In this document: piece after piece, positions 19,389 to 30,907 of the stretch
How positions within the stretch are numbered: position 1 is the first letter of the stretch
Layout of the letters: every line of letters starts with the position of its first letter
NCBI RefSeq assembly: GCF_009914755.1
Contig: NC_060935.1
Direction: 5' to 3' (one strand)
DNA: 64,000 bases
Origin: the human T2T-CHM13v2.0 reference genome, Homo sapiens
Program-made: the position numbers and the translations under genes
Notes under the pieces: generated by a model
Seen by the model: the letters and a program-made list of their open reading frames with translations, nothing else
Database searches by the model: none
What the model was told of the DNA's origin: nothing

Positions 19389-19530
19389 TGCCAGGTGTGG
19401 TGTGGATTTAGCAAAAGTTCATAGTAATCCAGGTACTTGGGAGGTTGAGACGGGAGGATCACTTGAGCCCAGGAGTTAGAGGACGGCTTGGGCAACAAGC
19501 AAGAACCCATCTCCAAAAATAAAAGATAAA
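19389..19530 (+). mobile_element. Alu monomer (FLAM-like), TSD AAATCTCCARCC
   Basis: Single arm with ~20 nt non-Alu replacement near its 5' end. Confidence 0.75.
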
Positions 19531-19650
19531 TCTCCAACCACACCTGCTAGGAAATGGAAGAATCACCAAAGGTTTTACAGGTTGTCAGTGTTTTGCTGAG
19601 GCTACCATGCTGAATTGAATGATACACAGACAGTTGAACATGTTAAATAC

Positions 19651-19656
19651 TTTATT
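19651..19656 (-). terminator. ELF5: ELF5 distal polyadenylation signal AATAAA; further AATAAA at 19928-19933 and 20119-20124
   Basis: TTTATT on + strand; GU-rich TGTCTGTGT downstream on - strand. Confidence 0.75.
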
Positions 19657-20414
19657 CACATTGTTTACAAACTATATCCACCTGGAAAACACATGAATCC
19701 AAAATAGATTATTTTACAGTAATTCACATTTTTTAAAACAAGTTACTTTGAAGTTCAACTCTAATAAGGAGGTCTTCAGCCTGTACAGCGATTCAGTGCC
19801 TCACCACTTGATTCCTGCTCTGGTGAAACAGAAGTCCTAGGGGCAGTCCACCTAGCTGTCACTCACTGATAACTTACATACCAGTGATTGATGAGAAAAT
19901 GTCAGTGCAGACTTTAACCTATGAACATTTATTAGTGTGAATTCACTGTCACTATTTTTGTCAAGGAAATACGTGTTATAGCGCTTGAATACACATCAGG
20001 TAGAAAGACAAAACAAAAAAGACACACAATTTAATTTGCCATTACAGAGTTGTTAGGACATTTCCGGTTTTATAAACGTTTAACATCTGGACCAGAGATG
20101 GAATCAATGAATTTCGATTTTATTGTGTTGACAGCTTGAATCACAGAAACAGCAGTGATTTTGTAATTGATGCCAGTGTCTGTTGACTAACTCTGCATAT
20201 CAGATGCCAGCCATCAGTTAGAAGGGGGAATAAACTCAGCAACAATTAATAATGTGGTTAATGTTAAGTGTTTAAGTCCAGAAGGATGTCTGTGGAAGTT
20301 TTGCTGAGTGGTCAAAAAGATGCTCTGGTTAGGAAACTTTCTGTGAACCTATGTTAAATCCAATTAAGTCCCAGCTTGATGGCTTAGCTCTTTCATTAAT
20401 TAAGATACTTTTCT

Positions 20415-20544
20415 GCCCAGGTGCCGTGGCTCACGCTTGTAATCACAGTACTTTGGGAGGCCGAGGTGGGAGGATCACTTGAGCATAGGAGTTCAAGACC
20501 AGCCCTGGGCAACATAGTGAGAACCCGTCTCAAAAAAAAAAAAA
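20415..20544 (+). mobile_element. Alu monomer (FLAM_C-like) in ELF5 3' UTR, TSD GATACTTTTCT
   Basis: Left-arm monomer plus poly-A with direct repeat. Confidence 0.85.
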
Positions 20545-21060
20545 GGGATACTTTTCTATGGATTTTTGACTTTAATAATTTAAAATCTAAAGTATGTATG
20601 TCTTATATCTCACCCTCTCCTACCATAACCTGCAAACTAATCATGCTTTCCCCCACCTTTGGTGAGCTGCCACAGTTATTTGAAAACTTTTGAACCTTTG
20701 GGATGGGAGCATTGGATGTGTCTCTAATGGCAGAATTGAATAGTTTTTCTCTGATCAGCATCAATGGCATGGGCTGTTGTCATTCCACAACTCTAGGAAA
20801 ATAAAGTTTGATCAAGACACCACAAAAGATCATCCCCTCATCCCCTTAGGGAGAAGAAAGGATTTCTTAAGAGTTTCTGCTCTCACCCTCCGTAGACAAC
20901 AACTCTGAATCCAAATGTAAGCTGAGATGTGGAGAAATTTTATCAGCATGTTTGCAGGTTAAAAAAAAAGAGAAGAAAATGAAGCCTTTCGAATGTCTAT
21001 TGCAATCTGATTGTTTTAAAAGACAGAAATCCATAAAATGAGCTTGATGCCTGGAGCAGA

Positions 21061-21157
21061 TCATAGCTTGTCTTCCTGCCACCCGTGTGCATTTTTTCCA
21101 AATTTGTACACTAACCTTCGGTCAACCCGCTCCAAAATTCCTGTTTTATAGTAGTAT
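21061..21157 (-). CDS. ELF5: ELF5 last coding exon ([31 protein letters not shown]), end of ETS domain
   Basis: tttcag|A acceptor, 97 nt to TGA; ETS-domain RLVYKF motif. Confidence 0.97.
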
Positions 21158-21614
21158 CTGAAAAAGCAAGCAGAAGAGAAATTCTGGGAGAGCTTGCACC
21201 CTAGGAAAACAACAGAACACAAACACTGTCTCCTCATTCCTCTCAGGTGACAAGGCTGGTCTTTGGTTACCCTGGTATTTTCATGCCCTGTTATCAACTT
21301 ACACTTAAACCTTTCCCAGACATCTTGAAGACTGAACCTCACCATTCTCAGCTCAAAACGTGTTTTTCTTTGTGTGTGTGGGCGTGTGAGATGGCCTGGA
21401 TTCAGAGTGATCCCTGGGGAATGCTGCCAAGAATGCTAAGGACAGCGTGTCAATTTACAAACCATAATCCTACCTGTAACTAAGAACCAAAGTTTTGTCT
21501 CATGACCTTTCCATTATCAAGTAAAAAACCTGCAAAAACAGTGTAATTTTCTACAGCCAGCCATTGTATATAACTCTTCTTGAAGGCTCATAGTATTTTA
21601 TGCTATTAACTTAC

Positions 21615-21810
21615 CTCAGGGCTCTGCTCAACTTTTCATACGTCATTCTGTCATTTTTCTTCCTTTGTCCCCACATCTTTGCCAGGGCTTCCGATTTAAC
21701 CACCCGAAAAATTCCTTGTTCCCTATCTTCCCATTCCAGAATGCCACAGTTTTCTTCAGGAGATAGAAGCAGGTCTCGTACAAATTCCCATAGATGAGAA
21801 CTTTGGAGGC
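21615..21810 (-). CDS. ELF5: ELF5 ETS-domain exon ([66 protein letters not shown])
   Basis: caaaag|GC acceptor, AG|gtaagt donor, 196 nt; LWEF and [14 protein letters not shown] signatures. Confidence 0.97.
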
Positions 21811-21849
21811 CTTTTGAAAAGGGGAAAACATTAACTATTTACCATTGTT

Positions 21850-22165
<316 letters not shown>

Positions 22166-23273
22166 TTGTTTTTTTAATTTTAAGAGAAGAGATGTACAAT
22201 TTCTCACTAGGTCATGAGAATTGCTGCTTTGTGGAATATTTCCCATTGTTATGACTGATTGCTCTACCTGGAAACTTACTGAGCTGTGACATGTCTGTGT
22301 CTCCCATCGAAGCAATTGTGAAACACACATTCAGAGACACCCAATTTACATGACTGGCAACACTGTGACTCACAGATGTTCTATGGAACTACAGTTTAAC
22401 TTTTATGGAATGAGTGAAATGACAGTCAAATGATCTTTTCATTCTTCTTTCTGACAGGCAGCATGGTTGTACTGATTCCACAGCCACAACTGTCTGGGTG
22501 GACTGATCCTGCAAATTTGTTTTTCATGAAAGGCTGGTATTTCTCTTATTCTATGATATGGTGGTTAAGACCAGCTCTGGAGTCCCATTATCTGAGTCTG
22601 GGTCCTGAATTCACCTCTTCCTACCTTTATAACCATAAACTTTTAGGGTTGCTTCATCTATAAAATGGGATAATAAAGAGTACCTGTCTCCTAGGACAGG
22701 TTAGAGGATTTAATGATTTAATACATACCAAGTGGTTAGAATTATGCCCAGCACATAGCAATTGTTTTCTACACACACATTTGTGAAATTACAAGCTTGA
22801 CACTGCTCTGGGCCGATCTCTTAGTGCTGGGGAAGCTAATAGGATTGCCAATTCCCGGTGTTTTCTTTGTTATCCTCCTCTGAGATGAAGCCACAGTGGA
22901 CCCAGGATTGGATCTGGCGCCAGATGGTGGAGCCAGAACTTGAACCCAGGGGGTTTTCATTCCAAAGCTAATGTTCACAACTACGATCATGTCTTTCATA
23001 GTAGGTGTTCAATAGACATTTAATGGATAATTATTAGCTATGATTTGTTTAGCGTTTGCTATTGTCAGATGCTTAATCTCACCCACTCGTATGAGAAGAA
23101 ATCAATCTGACTTTGATAATACGTATAAAAGCAATCACTGATTTCTTTACTACCTTCCTTGGGGAGTAACTGGTCCAACTCAAACATTTAGTTTCAAAGC
23201 TTATTAAAGTAGATGACTTTGTCTGAGGAATGGTTTTAAGAAATTAGAATGAAAACTGGCATCCTGCACTTAC

Positions 23274-23342
23274 TTGTTCTACTATGACTGTGACAGTCTT
23301 GACTTTTGATGCCACTTGTTTTCAAGCAGTTGGAATCAGCAT
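23274..23342 (-). CDS. ELF5: ELF5 linker exon (YADSNCLKTSGIKSQDCHSHSRT)
   Basis: tttcag|AT acceptor, A|gtaagt donor, 69 nt, phase 1-1. Confidence 0.95.
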
Positions 23343-23859
23343 CTGAAATAGAATAATTTATAGCAGTGGAAAGGGATATAGAGGCCACATTCAGACCTCA
23401 AGTCATACCCAAATGAGCAAATACTAATTGAATGCCTTTGTAGTAGAAGACACCACATTAGGCACTTTGGGGGTGATTACTAGGTGGCAGGTGTCAAGAT
23501 GCTTTAAGATGTGCCTTTGAGGAGCACTTGTATTCAATCTCACCCCACCCTGATGAGAATAAATAAATCTGGTTTTGATCGAGGTCCGTGCAGGGCCTTC
23601 CTAGGAGGCCATGGTAAGGACTTGGGACTTTATATCAAAGTGTAGAGCAAAGATCCTCAATTTAAGAAGATCTCTCTTGCTCCTGTGTGGAGAACAGACT
23701 GGAAGAGACACAAGTAGAAGCAAAGAGACTAGAGCTTATGAAGGGTAGAAAGCAAGACGTTAACTCCGTGCTGATTTAACTAATAACTCAGGCTGTGAGT
23801 CACAACCTGAGACACCAGGACAAGCATTGCCAGAGTAGTATATGAGTTTTTAAAATGGT

Positions 23860-24288
23860 GGCACCAGATCTGCCCCTCCAGCTCACACTCGTCTCCACCG
23901 CTTCTCTTAGCCCCCTGCTTGCTTTGCCCCAGCCACCCTGGCTTCAGGCTCTCCGGAAACGTGCAGGCACATTCCACATCAGGGACTTCGCAGTTGCTCT
24001 TCCACTTGTCCTGCATGTTGTTCCCTTGGATACTTGTGGTGCACGCCCTCATCTCAATCCTGTTTCAAAATCACCTTCCAGTGAGGTCTCCTCTGACCAC
24101 TCAAGTTGGGTCTGCACATCCTCCCCACTGCTCCGCATTTTACATAGAATATTCGAGCATATTCTATGGTGTATTTATTCATGAAGTTCACTGTCTGTCT
24201 GTGCACACGAGGGGGCAGGGATTTGTGTTTCCCAACATAACCCTGCAGCACCTAGCACACTGCCGGGCATATAGTAGGTGCTCAGTAT
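23860..24288 (+). mobile_element. L2 3' region
   Basis: Ends CTAGCACACTGCCGGGCATATAGTAGGTGCTCAGTA, a typical L2 terminus. Confidence 0.65.
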
Positions 24289-24301
24289 CATCGAGCAGCC
24301 A

Positions 24302-25392
24302 CTGTGCTATGCTATAGTAACTGTACTGCACCACACTATACTAACTATACTGTTCTATACCACTCCATACTGTACTATGCTAACTATATTGTACTATACC
24401 ACACCATACTGTACTATACTAACTATACTGTACTATACCACACCATACTGTACTATATTATACTAACTATCCTGTGCTGTACATACTATGCTGTACTAAC
24501 TATACTGTACTGTAGCATACTATACCAACTATACTGTACTGTACCATGCTATATTAACTATGCTATACTGTACTATACTATACTACACCAACTACATTAT
24601 ACTGCACTATACCATACTAACTATACTGACTGTACTGTAGTATACCATGACAACTATACTATACTATATCATACTGCACTGTTCTGTACTGCACTATACT
24701 AACTATTCTATTACTGTACTGTACTGTACTAACACCATACTACAGTGTACTATACTATACTAACTGTACTGTACTGTACCAACTATACTATATTGCATTA
24801 CACTGTAGTATACTATATTTACTGTACCACACTATACTGTACTATACTATATTAACTGTATTGTACTGTACTAACTATATTGTATTATACTGTAGTATAC
24901 TATACTAACTATACTGTACTGTGCTATACTATACTGTACTGTATTATACTAACTATACTGCACTGTACCAACTATACTATATTGTATTATACTATAGTAT
25001 ACTATACTAACTATACTGTACTGTGCTATACTATACTGTACTGTATTATACTAACTATACTGCACGGTACCAACTATACTATATTGTATTATACTGTAGC
25101 ATACTAATCATACCACACTATACTGTAATAACTGTACTATACTATACTAACTATACTGTACCATATATTGTATTCTACTGTACATACTGTACTATATGAA
25201 CTAGACTGTACTAACTATACTCTACTGTACTATACTATACTAACTATACTGCACTATACTATACTAACTATACTGCACTGTACTGTAGTATACTAACTAT
25301 ACTGTACTGTGCTACACTATACTAACTATACTATACTATACTATACTATACTATACTATACTATACTATACTATATTATACTGTACAACTAT
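24302..25392. repeat. Degenerate pentamer tandem array (CTATA/CTGTA)n with 39-bp and 102-bp higher-order units, ending in pure (CTATA)10 at 25326-25375
   Basis: Directly visible; periodicities counted from recurring anchors. Confidence 0.95.
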
Positions 25393-27397
25393 CCCTGCTG
25401 CATCGTCTAGTATGTACACTGTCACTGCTGAATGAAGGAAGGGCAGGAATGACATCCTGTGCCCCACACTGCTGCTTAGGGTGACCTCTCTCAGTGCCAC
25501 TGGGTCATGTCACCTCGCCAGCTGAACATCCTGCAGTGGTTCCCCATTTCTTCCAGGATGAAGGCTGCACATTAGATAGGCCTTTCACAGACTGACCCCC
25601 ATCCAGATCTCCAGTCTTATCTCTTTCTGCTTCCCAACTTTTTCCCTTCCCTTAGGTCAAATGGTTCCATTGAGGCAAGGCTTTCTTCTGCCTCAGGACC
25701 TTTGCACAGACTCCCCACTCTCCACTTCTACCCAGCGGACCTCTCACAAGACCTCTTCAGGAAGCCTTCTCTGAACTGACCCTCTGGGTTAGACCCCTTA
25801 TGAGCCCCATAGAGAGCACCTGTGAGTTCCTTGGTATCACAACACTGGGCCTACCTTACTGGAAAGATCCATCTCTTTTTCTCCTCCACTATCAGCTGAT
25901 ATTTACGGAGCACTTACTAAATGCCAAGTGCTTGGTAAGGGCTTCACATAGAGTATCTCATTTCAAACTTATAACAACCCTGGGTGATACTATTATGATT
26001 TTCATTTTATTGAGGAGGGATTGGAAGTCCAGAGAGCTTAAGAATCTTTTCCAGATGGTGGAACCAGAGAGTTCTCATTGCAAAGCTAATGTTCATAACT
26101 ACTACTTTATCATGTCTTTCACAGCAGGTGTTCAATAGACATTTAATGAACCATTATTAGCTAAGATTTGTTGAGCATTTGCTATTGTCAGATGCTCACT
26201 CAACCTTCCCCACCCTTATGAGATATGTCTATTACTACCCCCAGATCGATCTGTTGTTTTGATTTAATCTTTTAGGAGAAGAGAAAACAAATGGAGTCAT
26301 AAACAAAGGTGAATTATTAAGTGTGAATAGACAACAAGCGTTCACTGAAATGCCAAAATGGCAAGAAGTGGGAGGAAAAACATTGTCCTTTTGATTTTAA
26401 TGATTTCTCCCATGTTTTGGATGAAGGGGATCTGGCTTGGTAGGAGGAACACAGTACAGATCAGCATGAGAGGGGTTTATGAGGCTGATGGGAATTTCTT
26501 CCGTGGGTCTTGCCGAGATAACCCTGTTCTGTCTGTTCCTAGTTCTGCAGTGATGGCTTTGAAGGTACTCATTGGTTGACTAGTCAAGGCCTTGCTTGGC
26601 TGGTGGTGGCAGGGGCAGGGGGCCAAAGTCATTACTGCAATGTTAATACTGAGGCAGGTTCCCAAATCAACCTCCACCAGCGCTGGGTGGTGGATCTGTA
26701 GCACCACCGTGAACCCACTATATTTCTCTGTAAATGCCAGTTGTGTTTCAGGGTGCAGCTCTCCCTTGCTCACAACTTTTGTCATCTTGACTATGTCCCT
26801 GCAGCTGGTGGGGGATGAGGGGAGACATGGCCCAGGCTCTCTGCAGTCTGTGGGATTTGGAGAGGCTTGGTTGGCCTTGAGCCTGGACACTTTTAAAATG
26901 TGGCCAAAGGATGTATCCTCAATTGTTTATTGCAAGCACTCCAGAAGCTGGGGTGGGGGCCTGAGTTGCAGGGTTTCCGAAACAAGTTTATCGTATCCCC
27001 ATGACACTAGCAGTCCAGCCATGGAGCCCACACCCCATGCCAGGCTGGTGCAGAGAAGCTCTGAGGCTCAGGAGCAGGGAGGTGCCTGGCAGTGAACCCA
27101 GGACTGTAGGCTTGGTTCCTGGGCCCAGAACACCCTCTACTGGCATTTCTGCAGTGGAGGTGGGTGGGGAGTGGGACAGGTGGAGAGAAGAGACCAAGCA
27201 GAAAGGGAATGGGTTGTTTCACTTTGGCCAGCTCTGACAGTTTTGTAGCTTGTGTGTCTGGGCACCTTCAGTGGGCACTAAGTTGAAAATCATCCTGTTG
27301 TTTGAATTATTGTCAAGCTGGGCCCAGAACTTGAGGAGTTTCCAGGCCTTGGATCTCAACTTAGTGGGCAGCAGAGTGAATAGAAGGGCATGGGAAC

Positions 27398-27447
27398 ATG
27401 TGTGCCTATGTGAATATGTGTGTGTGTGCGTGCATGTGTGAGTGTGC
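27398..27447. repeat. Imperfect (TG)n microsatellite
   Basis: Visible; similar short tracts at ~45244-45282 and ~47754-47777. Confidence 0.75.
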
Positions 27448-28610
27448 ATAGCACACAATGTAAAAAGCACAGGCTTTGAGGAAATGTGTTGGAATCTCAC
27501 CCCTGCACTTACTTGCAAGTTATTACACCTCCAGTTTCCTCAGATGCAAATGGAGATAATAACACTCCCTAATGGAGCTAGAACAAGGATTAAATGTGAT
27601 AATGTAAGCAGAACACTTGGCACAGTGTTATGCTTAGTACATAGTAAGTGCTTAATAAATGGTAAAGACAGCTATATTCATTTTCGTTGAAGACCCAATG
27701 GGAACATTGCTGAAAGCCCCAGGATGATACTTTCCTTATTGGCCAGGTCTTGGTCTTTGGATGGGACATCAGCACTGAAAGGCAGCCTCTCATTTTTGGG
27801 TCAGGGAATATCTGAGATCAGGAAACATCACCTGAGCCATAGGCACCATGATCACGTGTCCTGGACTTTCTGGAATGGGCTCATTGTATAAACTACCAAC
27901 CTGTCGTCTTCATACCTCCCCTTGTGCCCATCAAACTATCCATTAGGGTTTCTGTTTGGGGAAAGCATGATCATCAGGGTTGGGGGAGAGCCAGAGATGG
28001 TCCTCAGGGGTCTCGGGGGAAGGCCATGGTGTCCTGGCCAAGGCATTGAGGCTGGAATAAGGCAAAGCCTCTGGGGCTGGCTCTCAGGTGGATTTAAACT
28101 TCTTAACCCTGAGTTCAGTCTAGTTCTAGGCTCCCAAATGGAGCAGACAGGCAAGAGCCCATGGCACCAACCATCAGCAGAGGGCTTGTCTCCATGAGTT
28201 CATGCTCCAGAGATGCTAGCCCAGAGCCCTTGCCCCACCACTTCTATTTCTAGAAACTTCTCCCCATCTCTTCCCCATCGCTGGGTCCAGGCCACCATCA
28301 TCATCACTCCTCTGGGCAGGAGCATCCTGGCTAGACTGCTTTCTGACCCAGACAATAGCAGCCCAAGAGATGTTAAAATGTAAATGTGATCTGATCACTT
28401 TCGTGCTTATGACCTTTCAGTGGCTTCCCAGCTTGCTCAGAATGAAATCCTAACTCTGCTGCCCACAAAGTGGTGAGTGATCTGGCCCTATCCTGCTCTC
28501 GGCCTCAGCTCCCACCCCTCCTTCTGCTGATGCTGCTGAGACTACTGATGCTGTGAGTGTTATACAAGTTATTACGCCTCCACTATCACAGAATTGAACC
28601 GCTCAGTAGA

Positions 28611-28755
28611 ATCTGAGCGGTTCAAGATGGCAGCCACCTGTGGCTATTGAGCACTTGAAATTTGGCTATGCAACTGAGGAGTTGAATTTTAATATAACTT
28701 AAGTAATTAAACTGGCCCCGTGTGGCTAGTGGCTACTGTACTGGCCAAGCTAATG
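28611..28755 (+). mobile_element. MER3-like hAT-Charlie MITE fragment
   Basis: GCCACCTGTGGCTATTGAGCACTTGAAAT...GTGTGGCTAGTGGCTACTGTACTGG. Confidence 0.75.
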
Positions 28756-30856
28756 CTAGACTCACTGGCCTTCTTTGGTTCTTTCTCTAAGACACCAAGA
28801 TTGTTCCACCTCGTGACCTCCGCACTGGCCATTCGCTGCTTGGAACCTTTTCTTCTCTCTCTTTTCCTGGGTAACTTCTTCTCATGCTTTAATTCAACTA
28901 TCTCTTCCTCCAAATAGCTGTCCCTGGACCCAGTTTAAATGCACTCTTTCCCCATTACACACAAAACATGCTGATCTTTCCCTTTATAATATCATCGTGA
29001 TGAGCAGTTATGTATTTATCATTTGGGTTATTTAATATCTCTACCCCGACCTTGCCTCAATGAGAGCAAGACTCAAATAGTGCTCATCACCTCAGCTACA
29101 GTGCCTAGCTCTGGGCCTGGCATATAGTAAGTGTCCAATAAATGTTTGTTCAAAGAATGAAGGAAACAGGAGAGAAATAAATGGGTAAGGGGAGCAAAGG
29201 CATGAAGGGCTTTAGATTTAGACACACCTGGGTCATCTGTTGCCTTCTAAGCATGTCACCTTTAACCTCTAAGCTTCAGTTTCTACCCCTATAAAAAGGC
29301 TATAGCACTAGGACTTGTCTCATATTGGGAAGATTACCTGACACAATGTCTATAAAGATATTAGCACAGGGCCTGGTTCATAGGAAGCACTCAATAAATG
29401 CTAGCTGTCATCCTCATCCTTATCCTCATCATCATAATCATCAGCACATTGAATCTAACTGTGGCTAGTTATATATTCAGGTTACACCTACTTCAAAAGA
29501 ACTTACTGGACACACCTTCTCTTTCCATTGTATTAGCTTCCTTTTGTCGTGTGGAAGGCAGGCTGGTAAGTGATTCCTATTTGTAGGTGAAGACACTGAC
29601 CCCTGGAGAAAGGGTTGGTCAGGTCTAGGTCACTACTACTTAGAGAGTAAAGCAAATGCCTGCCTGTGGCTCAAGCCTTTGGCCACAGTAATGTCTCCCA
29701 GGCTTCACAGGCTCATTTCTTCCAGGGGCTTTGACTGGGTTAGGTGTGGTGGTAAAAGCTGGGATTTACATCCCCCAGGCTGCTGCAGATGGATCACAAG
29801 GGATTCTACCAGCACCAGGAAACAGTGTGTGAGCTTTGTTCACAGGTGGGTGAGATGCTACACCCCGGGGCCCCGAGTGATGAAACCTGGCAGAATGCAG
29901 AGCTGCTCGTGTGAGGGCAGCTGCGGTCTGCAGAGCAGGGTGCACCTGCTTAAGCCCGTAGCGTGTGGTCCACGAACTGGCCATTCCTGTGCTAAAGCAC
30001 CAAAAACAAAACGAAAAACGAAATTCCAAAAACTTTTGTTAACTAGGATCCAAGTAACGTGAGTCCTCAGTTGATTGTTTGGGACTGTAAGGAGGAAAAA
30101 ATCATAACCCATAAGAACAGTCCCTCTGTGTCTGCCCCTCCAGCTTGCAGCCCTCAGAGGCCTTGGAAATCACCATGCGCTCTGCTCCCTCTCTGCAGAT
30201 GACTGAGCTGAAGCCCATGGGGGAATGGGGTTTGCCCAGGACCACATTTCCTCCTGGCCTCTGGGCCAGGGACTCAGTAACTAATAGTAATCATCATTGT
30301 CATCTTTGAAAAATGAAAGCACCAAAGATCCCTTTCCCGAGCCTTCTTCATCTGCCCAAGTGAAACAGGGAAGGTTAATCATCAGCATCAACAAGGCTAT
30401 TTGAGATCCTCCATCGTCTTATAATTATAAACTCTACCTGCTTAGTGAGCTCAGAGTCTTCTTAAGCATTATGAACCACAAGGCTTCTAATAGTATTATT
30501 AATGTATGACAAATGGATACTGGTTTGGGAGCATCTACACTGGTGGCGCATGCTGGGCTCTTTGTGTGCATCATTTCTCAAACTTACCACGACCCACAAG
30601 GGTCACACTATTTTACAGATAGGGGAATGGAGTCTCAGACGATAAGCAATCCATAGACCCAAGCTATGGTCCTACAGACCCACACCCACGCTCTTTCTGT
30701 CACACTCTTTCCACCACGCTTTTCCCCACTGCTTTCTCCAGGTCTGGGATTGTTTTGGTTCATCAGCTTTTCAGTATGATCCTAAAAGAATGGTCAAGCC
30801 CATGTACCAATGACAACCTTGACAGAGCCTTGGGTGGCTTGAGCTTGGTTACTTAC

Positions 30857-30907
30857 AGTCTTTGATGGTGGCCTTGCTTTCTTCAGCGTCATTAAAAAAG
30901 GAGTAAC
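30857..30907 (-). CDS. ELF5: ELF5 short linker exon (GYSFFNDAEESKATIKD)
   Basis: tcccag|GT acceptor, T|gtaagt donor, 51 nt, phase 1-1. Confidence 0.95.

Larger units (their letters stand above)
19635..21060 (-). other. ELF5: ELF5 3' UTR (~1.4 kb), contains an antisense Alu monomer
   Basis: Between stop (21061-21063) and distal AATAAA; end approximate. Confidence 0.75.

Noticed and set aside
21061-21072. ELF5 C-terminus -DKL as a possible PTS1, given the catalase neighbour
   Set aside because: Acidic residue at -3 violates the PTS1 consensus; ELF5 is a nuclear factor.
24278-25107. Tyr/Thr/Cys-rich ORFs with 13-aa repeats (LTILYYTTPYCTI)
   Set aside because: Translation of the pentamer array; no splice or promoter support.
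24302-25392. Possible CRISPR-like repeat-spacer array
   Set aside because: No unique spacers, no cas genes; a eukaryotic simple tandem repeat.
26477-27095. Overlapping 137-aa (-) and 167-aa (+) ORFs; the former contains VSKGEL, resembling the EGFP N-terminus
   Set aside because: Similarity is limited to 5-6 residues with no further GFP match and no recognisable domain; chance intronic ORFs.
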